From Mobula hypostoma (Eukaryota), in the NCBI RefSeq assembly GCF_963921235.1, contig NC_086108.1, positions 108,254,001 through 108,318,000 on the forward strand: a stretch of 64,000 bases of DNA, in the 5' to 3' direction. Numbering within the stretch: the stretch's first letter is position 1; each line of letters starts with the position of its first letter. A program made the position numbers and the translations under genes. The notes below the pieces were generated by a model that saw nothing but the letters and a program-made list of their open reading frames with translations, was not told the DNA's origin and did not search any database. This document shows, piece by piece, positions 25,071 to 35,500 of this stretch.

Positions 25071-26570
25071 CAGGTTGACAACCGCAAATCCGGAACGATT
25101 GATACCTGTACAGTGCCATATTAGTGATTTTGCCAAATCACATCACCGTTGGATAATAAAGAAAAAAGAAATGACAAATGAAAAGCAAGTGAAATTTATT
25201 GAAATAATAGACAATAGACAATAGGTGCAGGAGTAGGCCATTCGACCCTTCGAGCCAGCACCGCCATTCGCTGTGATCATGGCTGATCATCCACAATCAG
25301 TATCCAGTTTCTGCCTTATCCCCATAACCTTTGATTCCGCTATCTTTAAGAGCTCTATCCATCTCTTTCTTGAAAGCATCCAGAGACTTGGCCTCCACAA
25401 CCTTCTGGGGCAGAGCATTCCATATATCCACCACTCTCTGGGTGAAAAAGTTTTCCCTCAGCTCCGTTCTAAATGGCCTACCCCTTATTCTTAAACTGTG
25501 GCCTCTGGTTCTGGACTCACCCATCAGCGGGAACATGTTTCCTGCCTCCAGCGTGTCCAATCCCTTAATAATCTTATATGTTTCAATAAGATCCCCTCTC
25601 AGCCTTCTAAATTCCAGAGTATACAAGCCCAGTCGCTCCAATGTTTCGACATATGACAGTCCCTCCATCCCAGGAATTAACCTTGTGAACCTATGCTGCA
25701 CTCCCTCAATAGCAAGAATGTCCTTCCTCAAATTTGGAGACCAAAACTGCAGCAGTACTCCAGGTGTGGTCTCACCAGGGCCTTGTACAGCTGCAGAAGG
25801 ACCTCTTTGCTCTTATACTCAATTCCCCTTGTTATGAAGGCCAGCATGCCATTAGCTTTCTTCACTGCCTGCTGTACTTGCTTGCTTTCAGTGACTGATG
25901 TACAAGAACACCTAGATCTCGTTGTACTTCCCCTTTTCCTAACTTGACTCCATTTAGATAATAATCTGCCTTCCTGTTCTTACCACCAAAGTGGATAACC
26001 TCACATTTATTCACATTAAACTGCATCTGCCATGCATCTGCCCACTCACCTAGCCTGTACAAGTCACCCTGCATTCTCATAACATCCTCCTCACATTTCA
26101 CACTACCACCCAGCTTTGTGTCATCGGCAAATTTGCTAATGTTACTTTTAATTCCCTCATCTAAATCATTAATATATATTGTAAACAGCTGCGGTCCCAG
26201 CACTGAACAAAATAATTTTGCTTGTTCTTTTACCATCTCTCCTGACAGTTCTACACCTTTGCTGACGCGGAATTTAAACCACTTGATGAGAACTTTATCT
26301 AGTCGTGAACCTCTTCCATCTTTCATTGTTTTCCTTATGCACATCTGGTTTTTTGATTTGCCCTCAGCAAAAAAAAACTGGGGCAACTTTTCTTTTTGTT
26401 TCTTTATATCATAAACTGTGAAAGAGCCAATGTTATACAAGTCATACGTTTTTCACAGACACTCCACTGTTGAGCTTTTTCAGAACTTCCACCTTATCTT
26501 GTATAGATAGCATGTGGTGTTTGCATTTTACCCCATGAGAAGCACTTCCTCTATTCACCGAAGACATGAC
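25071..26570 (-). mobile_element. pogo/Tigger DNA transposon remnant (CENP-B-type HTH domains), split by a CR1
   Basis: TA|CAGGTTGA terminus at about 25071; minus-strand LSIQDKVEVLKKL...NIGSFTVYDIKKQKEKL...RKTMK...LDKVLIKWF...SGEMVKEQAKLF at 26210-26570. Confidence 0.72.
25206..26207 (-). mobile_element. Young 5'-truncated CR1 LINE
   Basis: SVLGPQLFTIYINDLD...KFADDTKL (RT) through LEFRRLRGDLIETYKI...FFTQRVV; (TCTATTG)n tail at 25206-25222. Confidence 0.92.
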
Positions 26571-26611
26571 TGGGGCCAGATAAGCACAGGTTATAAATTT
26601 ATAAATTGTTG

Positions 26612-28010
26612 TGTTGTTGCACAACTACATTATATTAAATAAAGGCACCCACGCAGAAGATGGCTTTAACATTGCAACGAGAGAGGAAGAGAGAACAATG
26701 TACATGTGTAGACAAGAGTGCATGCACAGACAACAGATCGATACTTAGTGCGGGGGAAGGGGTTCATTGCTCTAAAATAAACAGATCTATATATTACACT
26801 TCCTCCCCCTTTAGATTAATGCAACACAAAACAGTATGTGTACAAAAAATTCAATTTCCCTTTCAGAAACCCATATTCCAAATAAACAGTAACAGTCTAT
26901 AACTAACTTCACAGTTCTAAAGGTTCAGTCTTTGGGTGGTGCTCTGTGTCTTTCAGGATAGCACCTCTGGACCTGTGGAGTTGCATCACATTCAGTAGGT
27001 GTCTTGTCTAAGACGACGTTCTCAGTTTCCTGTGTTACGCAGCTGTCAGTAACATAATCGTCATTGAGAGGCAAGTCCGGCTTGTTGGATGCAGTCGACT
27101 CGGGCGTGTTCTTCAGTTGAGCAGCCAGTATCTGGTCTACATGTCTCCATGTCTGATCTCCAACATCCACTGTCTGCATCAGTGGTCCAGTTCTTGTAGC
27201 TATCCTACTGGATGTCCACTTGTCTTCTCAGTAATCATGTGCTCGGACTTCCTGTCCAATCTCACAGTTCCTTGCTGCTTCACTTGGCAACTGGCTGAAC
27301 TGTTTATTCTCTACTTCCCTCTGTAGATCTGGTTTCAGGAGGTCTGTGCAAGATCTCAGATTCCTACTCATGAACAGCATTGCAGGTGCTTGATTTATCG
27401 TCGCATGAACAGGGTTCCGATACACAAAAAGGAAGTTGTCCACCTTGTGCTGCAGAGAAATGTCCTCCTTGCCCATTGCTTTAATGGACTTATTGAAGGT
27501 TTGGGTAAACCTTTTAGCTAACCCATTCGTTGCTGGGTGGTGAGGAGTTAACTTGAAATGTCTGATGCCATTTTTCTTCATGAATAGTTGGAATTCTTCT
27601 GGTGTGTGTTATGGTTTGTTGTCACTCTCAATTTCTTCTGGTAAGCTGTTTCTGGTGAAGATGGTTCTCAGAACAGAGACAGTCTTTGCTGAGGTGGTCG
27701 ACTTCATTGGTATAACCTTTGGCTGCCTCAAATGTGCATTCACAGCAATCAGAATCACAGGGTCCATGAATGGCCTAGTAAAGTCAATATGTACTCTTTG
27801 CCATGGTGACAACAGCCTCTCCCAAGGGGCTAATGATGCCTGTGAGGGTGCATTTTGAACTTTTTGACATCGCAAACAGCTTTTGTCCAAGTCTTCGATC
27901 TGTTTATCTATTCCCTTCTCAAACACCTTCTGATTTGGATTAAGCAGCTGTGACAGCCTTTGGTTCGTGCTACCATTTGGACTGCTTGTTGCCTGTTGAT
28001 GCCACACTGA
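26612..28010 (-). mobile_element. Gypsy (Mag-like) LTR retrotransposon 3' fragment: integrase remnant, PPT and 3' LTR
   Basis: PWQRVHIDF...SDN...PHHPATNGLAKRF...YRNPVHAT; polypurine tract AAAGGGGGAGGAAG (26799-26812, minus) abutting a TG...CA LTR of about 187 bp (26612-26798). Confidence 0.85.
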
Positions 28011-29394
28011 GAGCTTTGATTGAATGTCAGTCTATTTGTACTGATTAGTAAGGGTGTTAAAGGTTCTGGGAAGAAGGTAGGAGAATGGGGTTGAAGGGAT
28101 AATAATCAGCCATGATGAAATGGCGAAGCAGACTTGATAGGCTGAATGGCCTAATTCTGCTCCTGTGTCTTATGGTCTTGTTATGCAGGCTGCTTTCTTC
28201 AGACAGTGGGAAGTATCGACTAACAGCATCCAAGGGTGGAATTTATTTCAGGTCTTTGCCAGCTGCATAAGTGTGCTGCCCTCTTTAGTTATAGAACATA
28301 GAACTGTACAGCCCACAAGATTATGCTGAAATTTTAATCTGATCCACAATTAATGTATCCGTTCCCTCCCACATAGCCTTCCATTTTACTTTCATCCATG
28401 TGCCTATTTAAGATTTTCTTAAATGCTTCTAATGTATCTGTCTCTATCACCTCTCTTGGCAGTGCGTTCCATGCACTCACCACTGTGAAAAAAACCTACC
28501 TCTGCCACCCCCAACACTTTCCTTCAATCACCCGAAAATTATGCCCCCTTACGTAACTGTAGGGTTTCAAATCTTTTTATGCCATGAACCCCTACCATTA
28601 ACTGCAGGGCCCAGGGACCCCAAGTTGGGAACCTCTGTATTAGCCATTTCCACCTGGGGATAAAGGCACTGGCTGTCAGCTCTATCCATGCCTCATTCCC
28701 ACTTTCCACCACTGTGCCAGAATGTGCGGCGACATTGCGGGTTGACCCCACGCACGGCTTCAGGTGTGTCGATAATTAACGCAAATGAGAGATTCCACTA
28801 TGTTTTGATGTTCAAGTGGGAGATGTTCATGCTTCAGTTTTGAAACGAGATTCCTGGCTGCATACCACCAAGGGCCTTACTTTGTTTATTGTACTGTAAG
28901 GTTGCTGGCTGAGATTTTCTCTCAAAATGCCTGTCAGTCTGGTTAATCGAAGGCAATGGATTTGTTTGGTGGGTGCTCTTGACCCCATTGAGCTTGTCTC
29001 TGCGTTCGTACACAGAGACGTAGAGGGAAGTACTTTGATCACAATTCTATCATTTGGATTGCAAACGCAGCCAGACTGGTTGGCAGAATCATTAAACCCA
29101 TCGTGGCGAGGCACAGAAAGGAAGGCCTGTGATATCAATACCGTGACCTTGCATTAACTTTACTCTTTTCTTGGTCTCTGTTTTGACTCTGATGCCTTGA
29201 GTAATGGAACACTATGCTAATGCTCTTAGCTGCAAACATTTCCAAACGAAGGGAAGAAACCTGAGAACTGCATCCACGATGCAAGTCGATTGATTGAACA
29301 GGAAGCGTGAAACCGGCCCTGATTAATTTGTGTTCAAGGTGCCGCTCGTAAAGTGCTAGACTTTGAACAAATGACAATAATATGTAGCGCCACG

Positions 29395-30480
29395 GGAGGG
29401 AGCATGGTAGTGTAGCGATTAGAGCAACATTATTACAACTTGGGGCGTTGGAGTTGGGAGTTCATTTCCAGCATCCTCTGTAAGAGTGAGATCATGGGTT
29501 TCCTCCGGGAGGACCAGTTTCCTCCCACAGTCCAAAGGCGAACCAGTTAGTAGGTAAACAAGACCATAAGGGATCGGAGCAGAATTAGGCAAACTGGCTC
29601 ATCAAGTCTGCTCCTCCATTTTATCATGGGGAGGGGGGAGGGAATGTCGACTCAGACCATGGGAGGCCTGTGTTGGGCATTTTCATGCCTTACAAGGCGC
29701 AGATTGGATATCTGTGTGGGGCACCACTCCTCGCACAGACACTAGAGCAATGTGTGGTTAAGCGCCTTGCTCAAGGACACAAACACGCTGCCACAGCTGA
29801 GGCTCGAACTAGCAACCTTCAGCTCACTAGGTGAATGCCTTAACCACTATGCATTTTATCATGGGTGATCCAATTTCCCCTCTCAACCCCATTCTTCTGC
29901 CTTCTCAAACCTGACTAATTGGTCATTGTAAATTGTCCTGTGATTACCTACTTACTGCCTGTTAGACCTCTGGTATTTTGAGCAGCAATGAAGGTCCTCT
30001 ATCTCTGACGACGTTCAGGGCTTCCTTCATCATGTCAGTAGCTTCCTCTCGGTTTTCACTACTGTCAGTCATGCAAGTCCCGGGTGTAGACTCGGAAATA
30101 CTGTTGCACTCAGATGTAGAAGGCTTCTTCATTGCTGCTCCCGTAACAGTTTTGTTTCACCGGTCAGAGTTGTTAGCCCTGAGCTGAACTCCCAAACCTG
30201 GAAGGCCGCTGGACTACTGTTAGTTTGGCCTCTACCCTTTGGGCTGTTTGGCATGGGTGACCCCACCTAGAGCCACCACACAAGGCTCTGACTTCAGCCA
30301 AGGTAGCTCTCCAGGTTATGGAGGAAAACAACCCTCCAAACCACAACCGGGTTGTGCTCCTCTTGTAGGTCCTGTGACTAGGCTGGGGTTAAATAGATGA
30401 GTTGCTGGGTGGTGCAGCTTGTTGGGCTGGAAGGGCCTGTTCTACACTGTATCTCCAAATAAATAAATAAATAGATAAAT
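29395..30480 (+). mobile_element. V-SINE split by three nested insertions
   Basis: Head 29395-29556, resumes 29916-29946 and 30369-30480; TSDs CATTTTATCATGGG (29617/29852) and GTCCTGTGA(T/C)TA (29935/30369). Confidence 0.7.
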
Positions 30481-31354
30481 AGATAGATAAAGAGATACAA
30501 TACCTCCATTCTTTACCTGAGTGAGGCCGTCAGGGAACAGACATGACAGAACCCCTCACTTAATTTGGACTTTGAGCTTAGGAGACCTAGAGGTATATAA
30601 AACCACAAGGGGCTCAGATAGGGTGAATGTACTCAAGTCTTTTTCTTGCGGTTGGGGAATGAAAAACTAGAGGGCATAGCAGTTAGATGAGAGAGGGGAG
30701 ATTTAATAGGAATTTGAGGGACAATTATTTTTACAGTACAGTATGTATGTATATAAGTGGTACAAATTGCCAGTCTTGGAGCTCTACATCACAGGAACAG
30801 GCCCTTCAGCCCATTTAGTCTATGCTGAACAGTTATTCTGCCTGGGCCCATTGATCCACACTGGGATCATAGCTTTCCATACTCCTCCCAACTTCTCTTA
30901 AATCTACATCCACCACTTCCGCTGGCTCATTCCCCTTAAATATTTCCCCTTTCACCCCAACCCATGACTTCTCATTCTAGTCTCACCGAACCTCAGCGGA
31001 AAAAAGCCTGCTTGCATTTATCCCTCATCATTTTGAAAAGGTCTATCAAATCTCCACTCATTCTCCTATGGTCCAGGGAATAAAGTCCAACCAATTCAGG
31101 TTGGGGCAGCGTAATAACATCATTTAAAAGACTGTTGGACAGGTTCGTGGATTGGAAATGTTTAGGAGGTTCTGGTCCAAATGCTGGCAAATAGATTAGC
31201 TTGGTCGGGTCATGTAGGTTGGGATCGAACAGTTAGGCTGAAGGGCAAGCTTCCATGCAGTATAACTCCATTACACTGCTACTGGATGGCTGTGGTGGTG
31301 TTGTGAACTGCAGAGCGATGATAGATTCTTACACTGAGAACTCAGGCAGACAAT

Positions 31355-31800
31355 ACCACACTGGAAATCCAGAGCAACGCACAGAGAGTGCTGGAGGAGC
31401 TCTGGAGGTCAGGCTGAAAACATGGAGAGGAATAAAGAGTCGCTATTTTGGGCCAAGAGCCTTCATCAGAACTGGAAAGGAAGGGGGAGAATGCGAGAAC
31501 AAGAGGGTGCAGTAGGGCGACGAGAACAAGCTAGAAGGTGATAGGTGAGACCAGGCGGGTGTGGGAGGGAGGTGAGGTAAGAATCTGGCAGGTGATGGAC
31601 GGGAAAGCCAAAATGCAAGCAATGAAGGAATCTGATATGAAAGAAGAATGGACCAGTGGACCATAGGAGAAAGGCGAGAAGAAGGGGCATCGGGGGGTGT
31701 GATAGACAGGTGAGAAGAGGTAAGAGGCCAGAGTGGGGAATAGAAGAGGGAAGGGGGAGGGAAAAGGGGAAAAAAGAAAAACAAAATTTGGTGTTCATAC
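31355..31800 (-). mobile_element. Penelope terminal-repeat copy
   Basis: tgctggagga...cttcatcagaactggaaaggaaggggg and purine-rich body. Confidence 0.7.
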
Positions 31801-32663
31801 TACACAGCCAACTGTCTTTTCCAAAAGTTCCCTTCTGTAAAGCACTATAGGAATTATTAAAACAAGCCATTAATCTGATCAACCATTCTAGTTAGCCAAC
31901 CCCACCCTCTCTATCTATTACACCAGTCACTGCACTGTAAACACTAGCTTTTTATAATGCTGCTTACATTGTTAGTATGTGCTGATCGTTATGTATTTAT
32001 ACGCATTTTATTCCATCTCCCTACTTTAAGCTCTAGGAATAAAGGCATAGATGTCGAGAAAAGTTGCTTCATACTTTATAATTGTTGAATTGTTGTATGT
32101 CATGCCAACACACCACAGCAAATTCCAAGTACACGTAAATGTCTTTGGTGAATAAAGTTGATCCTTGATCCTGCAGAGGTTCTGTGTGGGCTACCCACCA
32201 ATATATTAAGTCAGCCCAGGTTATTAATTCCGTCCATGCCTGTCCCAACACAGGTACTGTGTGGCGAATACCACAAGAAATCAGCAGGTTGAGAAGCGTC
32301 TGTCAGGGGAAAGCTTTGATACAGGGTCATGACCCAAAACATCAGCCATTCATTCCCCCTCCACAGATGCTGCTTGACCTCCTGAGTTCCTCCAAAAGAT
32401 CGGGTGTGCTGCTTCTAGTGTCTCTTCTGCCTCCATTGTAAGAGTATTGTAAATCACAGTAAAATAGGTAAGGATAAAGTAAATTTAGTATCAAAGTACC
32501 TGTGTGTATGCCACCATATACTATCCTGAGATTCAATTTCTAGCAGACATTCACAGTAGAACAGAGAGTAGAATCAATAAAAAACAACACACAGACTGGC
32601 AAACAACCAGTATGCAAAAGGCAAACTGTACAAATGCATAACAATAATTATTATTATTAAAAT

Positions 32664-32960
32664 GGAGGTGTTACGGTAGCGTAGCAGTTGGCGCGGTCCT
32701 ATTATATCTCAGGGCACCAGAGTTTGGAGTTCAATTCCGGCACCTGCTGTAAACGAGTTTGTACGTTTCTTCCTGTGTGTATGTGGGTTTCCTCCAGGTG
32801 CTCCAATTTCCTCACACGGTCCAAAGATGTACTGGTTAGTGGGGTAATTGGCCATTGTGAATTGTTCTGTGATTACGTCGGGGTAAAGTAGGTGTGTCGT
32901 TGGGCAGCGCACCTTAGGGAGCCAGAAGGGTCTGTTCCATGTTGAATCTCCAAATAAACA
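32664..32960 (+). mobile_element. V-SINE
   Basis: tRNA-like head, gtgggtttcctccaggtgctcc...gtccaaaga, ctccaaataaa tail. Confidence 0.75.
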
Positions 32961-33178
32961 AATAAAAATTATACACAAATGAAGATCGACCAATGTGCCT
33001 AAGAAGACAAACTGTGGAAATGTAAGGACAAAAACAAATAATAGTAATTCTAAATAAATAAGTAAATAATAATGTGTGACTGATGTAGAATTTGACAAGC
33101 AAGGAACACAGTTGTAGCTTCACTTTCCCTCCTGCCTCTGTGCATGTTAACGAGCCGGCTTGTTGAGGTGTGGCAGAA

Positions 33179-33255
33179 GCTGACGATAATCATGTTAATC
33201 TCTGTTCTTTTTCTCTTGCACTTTTTCTCACTCTCTCTCCCAATGCTTAAAATAG
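33179..33255 (+). promoter_or_regulatory. Microexon 3' splice-site regulatory region (branch point, CU-rich tract, UGC motif)
   Basis: gctgac at 33179-33184, about 75 nt without AG, CT-rich tract, TGC at 33244-33246; TGCATG at 33141-33146 just upstream. Confidence 0.6.
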
Positions 33256-33270
33256 AAGTGGAGCAAAAAG
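33256..33270 (+). CDS. ADGRL2: Latrophilin 15-nt microexon (splice site A, KVEQK) between lectin and olfactomedin domains
   Basis: Long pyrimidine tract then aaaatag|AAGTGGAGCAAAAAG|gtaatg; phase 1-1; gives ...VPY-KVEQK-VFVC, the known latrophilin insert. Confidence 0.9.
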
Positions 33271-33857
33271 GTAATGAATCCAGCACAGTCCCGCTCTGGT
33301 TCCTTGTGATTGTTTTGGCTGCTTGACCCCTTTAAGAACCCGTGCTCTCTCCACCACCCCTCGCCCACCCACCCTATTAACACCAGTATCTCTCCAGGGA
33401 ACCTTTGCTCAGTCCAGCTCTGAACTGTGTACAGTGCCTCATCCACTCACGTCTCAAGGTGATGGGTGCTGTTGCTGGTGTCCCAATGGAGATCTACTCC
33501 AAGACGCAACAAGTGCTTCTGTTGTGTCATCGGGTGTCATCTGTCTTGCTTCTGGAACCCTTTCCCTTCGCATGTCTTGGCTTATCGTCGCTTCTTGGAC
33601 TTGCGTCCTGTTGCCTTCTGCCTCTTGCATTTTCCCGTTGCAAAGATGCAACCATAGCCCTTTCCTGCACCCTCACCCTCTTCTCCCCACCCCTCCCAGC
33701 ACCTTGCTTCAACCTGCATCCCATTTCCTCTTGCCAGAGCTCTCAATCAAAATCTCCACTCTCTCACCTGTTGAGTTTGACTAGTGTTGCGATATTAAAT
33801 TGTTCAGGAGAGATGTTAACTTTGCTTCTTCCTGTGCTGCCCGTCTTATCTTTGCAG

Positions 33858-34658
33858 TTTTTGTGTGCCCCGGGACATTGAAAGGGATTGTGGAGTCAGC
33901 CTACGTAACGGAAGCTGAGCAGCAGTCTGGTGCCTGGTGCAAAGACCCCCTACAGGCTGGAGACAAGATCTACTACATGCCATGGACGCCGTACCGCACA
34001 GACACGCTGATGGAGTATGCCTCACTGGAGGACTTCACTTCTGGCCGCCACACCACCACTTACAAGCTGCCCCACCGTGTCGACGGAACTGGCTTTGTGG
34101 TGTACGACGGGGCGGTCTTCTTCAACAAGGAGCGGACGAGGAACATTGTCAAGTATGACCTGCGGACCCGGATCAAAAGTGGCGAGGCCATCATCGCCAA
34201 TGCCAACTACCACGACACCTCGCCCTACAGGTGGGGGGGCAAGTCTGACATCGACCTGGCAGTGGACGAGAATGGCCTGTGGGTCATCTATGCCACCGAG
34301 CAGAACAATGGGATGATGGTGGTGAGCCAGCTCAACCCGTACACGCTGCGGTTTGAGGGCACCTGGGACACATCGTACGACAAGCGTTCGGCCTCCAACG
34401 CTTTCATGATCTGCGGCGTGCTCTACGTGGTCCGGTCGGTGTATGAGGACAACGAGAGTGAGACAGGCAAGAACTCTATTGACTATGCCTACAACACTAA
34501 CCTCAACAGAGAGGAGTATGTAGACATCCCCTTTCCCAACCCCTACCAGCACGTGGCTGCTGTGGATTACAACCCACGGGACAATCTACTGTATGTCTGG
34601 AATAACTACTTCATACTGCGGTACACCTTGGAATTTGGACCTCCCGACCCTGCACAAG
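33858..34658 (+). CDS. ADGRL2: Latrophilin-2 olfactomedin domain exon
   Basis: tttgcag|TTTTTGTG...GCACAAG|gtcagt; 801 nt, phase 1-1; FVCPGTLK...GAWCKDPLQ...[12 protein letters not shown]...[13 protein letters not shown]...[21 protein letters not shown] and GPPDPAQ match ADGRL2 as I recall it rather than ADGRL1/3. Confidence 0.96.
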
Positions 34659-34724
34659 GTCAGTGTTCCATAAAGATCTCTCTTTCAAAGTTGTGTATTC
34701 ACCTAAGGTAGATTATCACAGATC

Positions 34725-35500
34725 AACATGCACACAAAATGCTGGAAGGACTCAGCTGGTCAGGCAGCATTTATTGATGTGAATAAACAGTCGAAGTTTC
34801 GGGCCAAGACCCTTCTTCAGATCTGGAAAGCAAGGGGGAAGAAGCCAGAGAAAGGAAGCTAGAAGGTGGTAGGTGAAGCCATGTGGGGGGGGGAAGGTCA
34901 AAGGCCAGAGAAGAAAGAATCTGATAGGAGGGGAGAGTGAACCATGGGAGAAAGAGAAGAAAGGGGGGCATCAGGGGGAGGTGATAGGCAGGTGAGAAGA
35001 GGTAAGGGGCCGGAGTGGGGAATAGAAAAAGAGGGAAGGAGGGGAAAAATTAGCAGAAGGTGGAATCGATGTTCACGCCATCAGCTTGGAGGGTGCCCAG
35101 ACAGAATATAAGGTGCTGTTCCTCCACCCCGAGGGTGGCCTCATCTTCAACGTGGACTGAGATGTCAGAACGGGGATGGGGATAGGAATTAAAATGGTTG
35201 GCGACCAGGAATTCCTACTTTTGGCAAATGGAGCGGAGGCGATCAACAATGCGGTTCCCCAATTTACGTCAGGTCTCACCAGTGTAGAGGAGGCCGCATC
35301 GGGAGCACCGGACACAATAGATGGCCCCAGCAGATTCACAGGTAAAGTGTTGCCTCACCTGGGTGGACTGTTTGGGGCCGTGAACAGAGTTGAGGGAGGA
35401 GGTGAATGGGCAGGTGTAGGTCTTAGGTCGCTTACAGGTTTATATACCAGGAGGGAGATAAGTGGGGAGGGACGAATGTACATGGGAGTCACAGAAAGAG
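34725..35500 (-). mobile_element. Degenerate Penelope-like element (GIY-YIG remnant plus terminal repeat)
   Basis: Collinear in reverse with 7600-8400; begins about 66 nt after the olfactomedin exon donor. Confidence 0.82.
34788..34825 (-). ncRNA. Degenerate hammerhead motif in antisense Penelope copy
   Basis: Minus strand CAGAT-CTGAAGA-AGGGTCTTGGCCC-GAAA-CTTC-GACTG; boxes present, helix I and ACGT palindrome damaged. Confidence 0.4.

Noticed and set aside
33800..33857. ORF-track start of the 303-aa ORF (and of 58771..59259) as a standalone gene
   Set aside because: Similarity begins at canonical splice acceptors 33858 and 58889; upstream residues are intron.
33323..33881. Overlapping 150-aa ORFs in the short intron
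   Set aside because: A-poor pyrimidine-rich sequence lacks stop codons; low-complexity translations.
34022..34552. 176-aa antisense ORF and alternate-frame ORFs over the olfactomedin exon
   Set aside because: Shadow of a GC3-rich coding exon; no recognisable protein.
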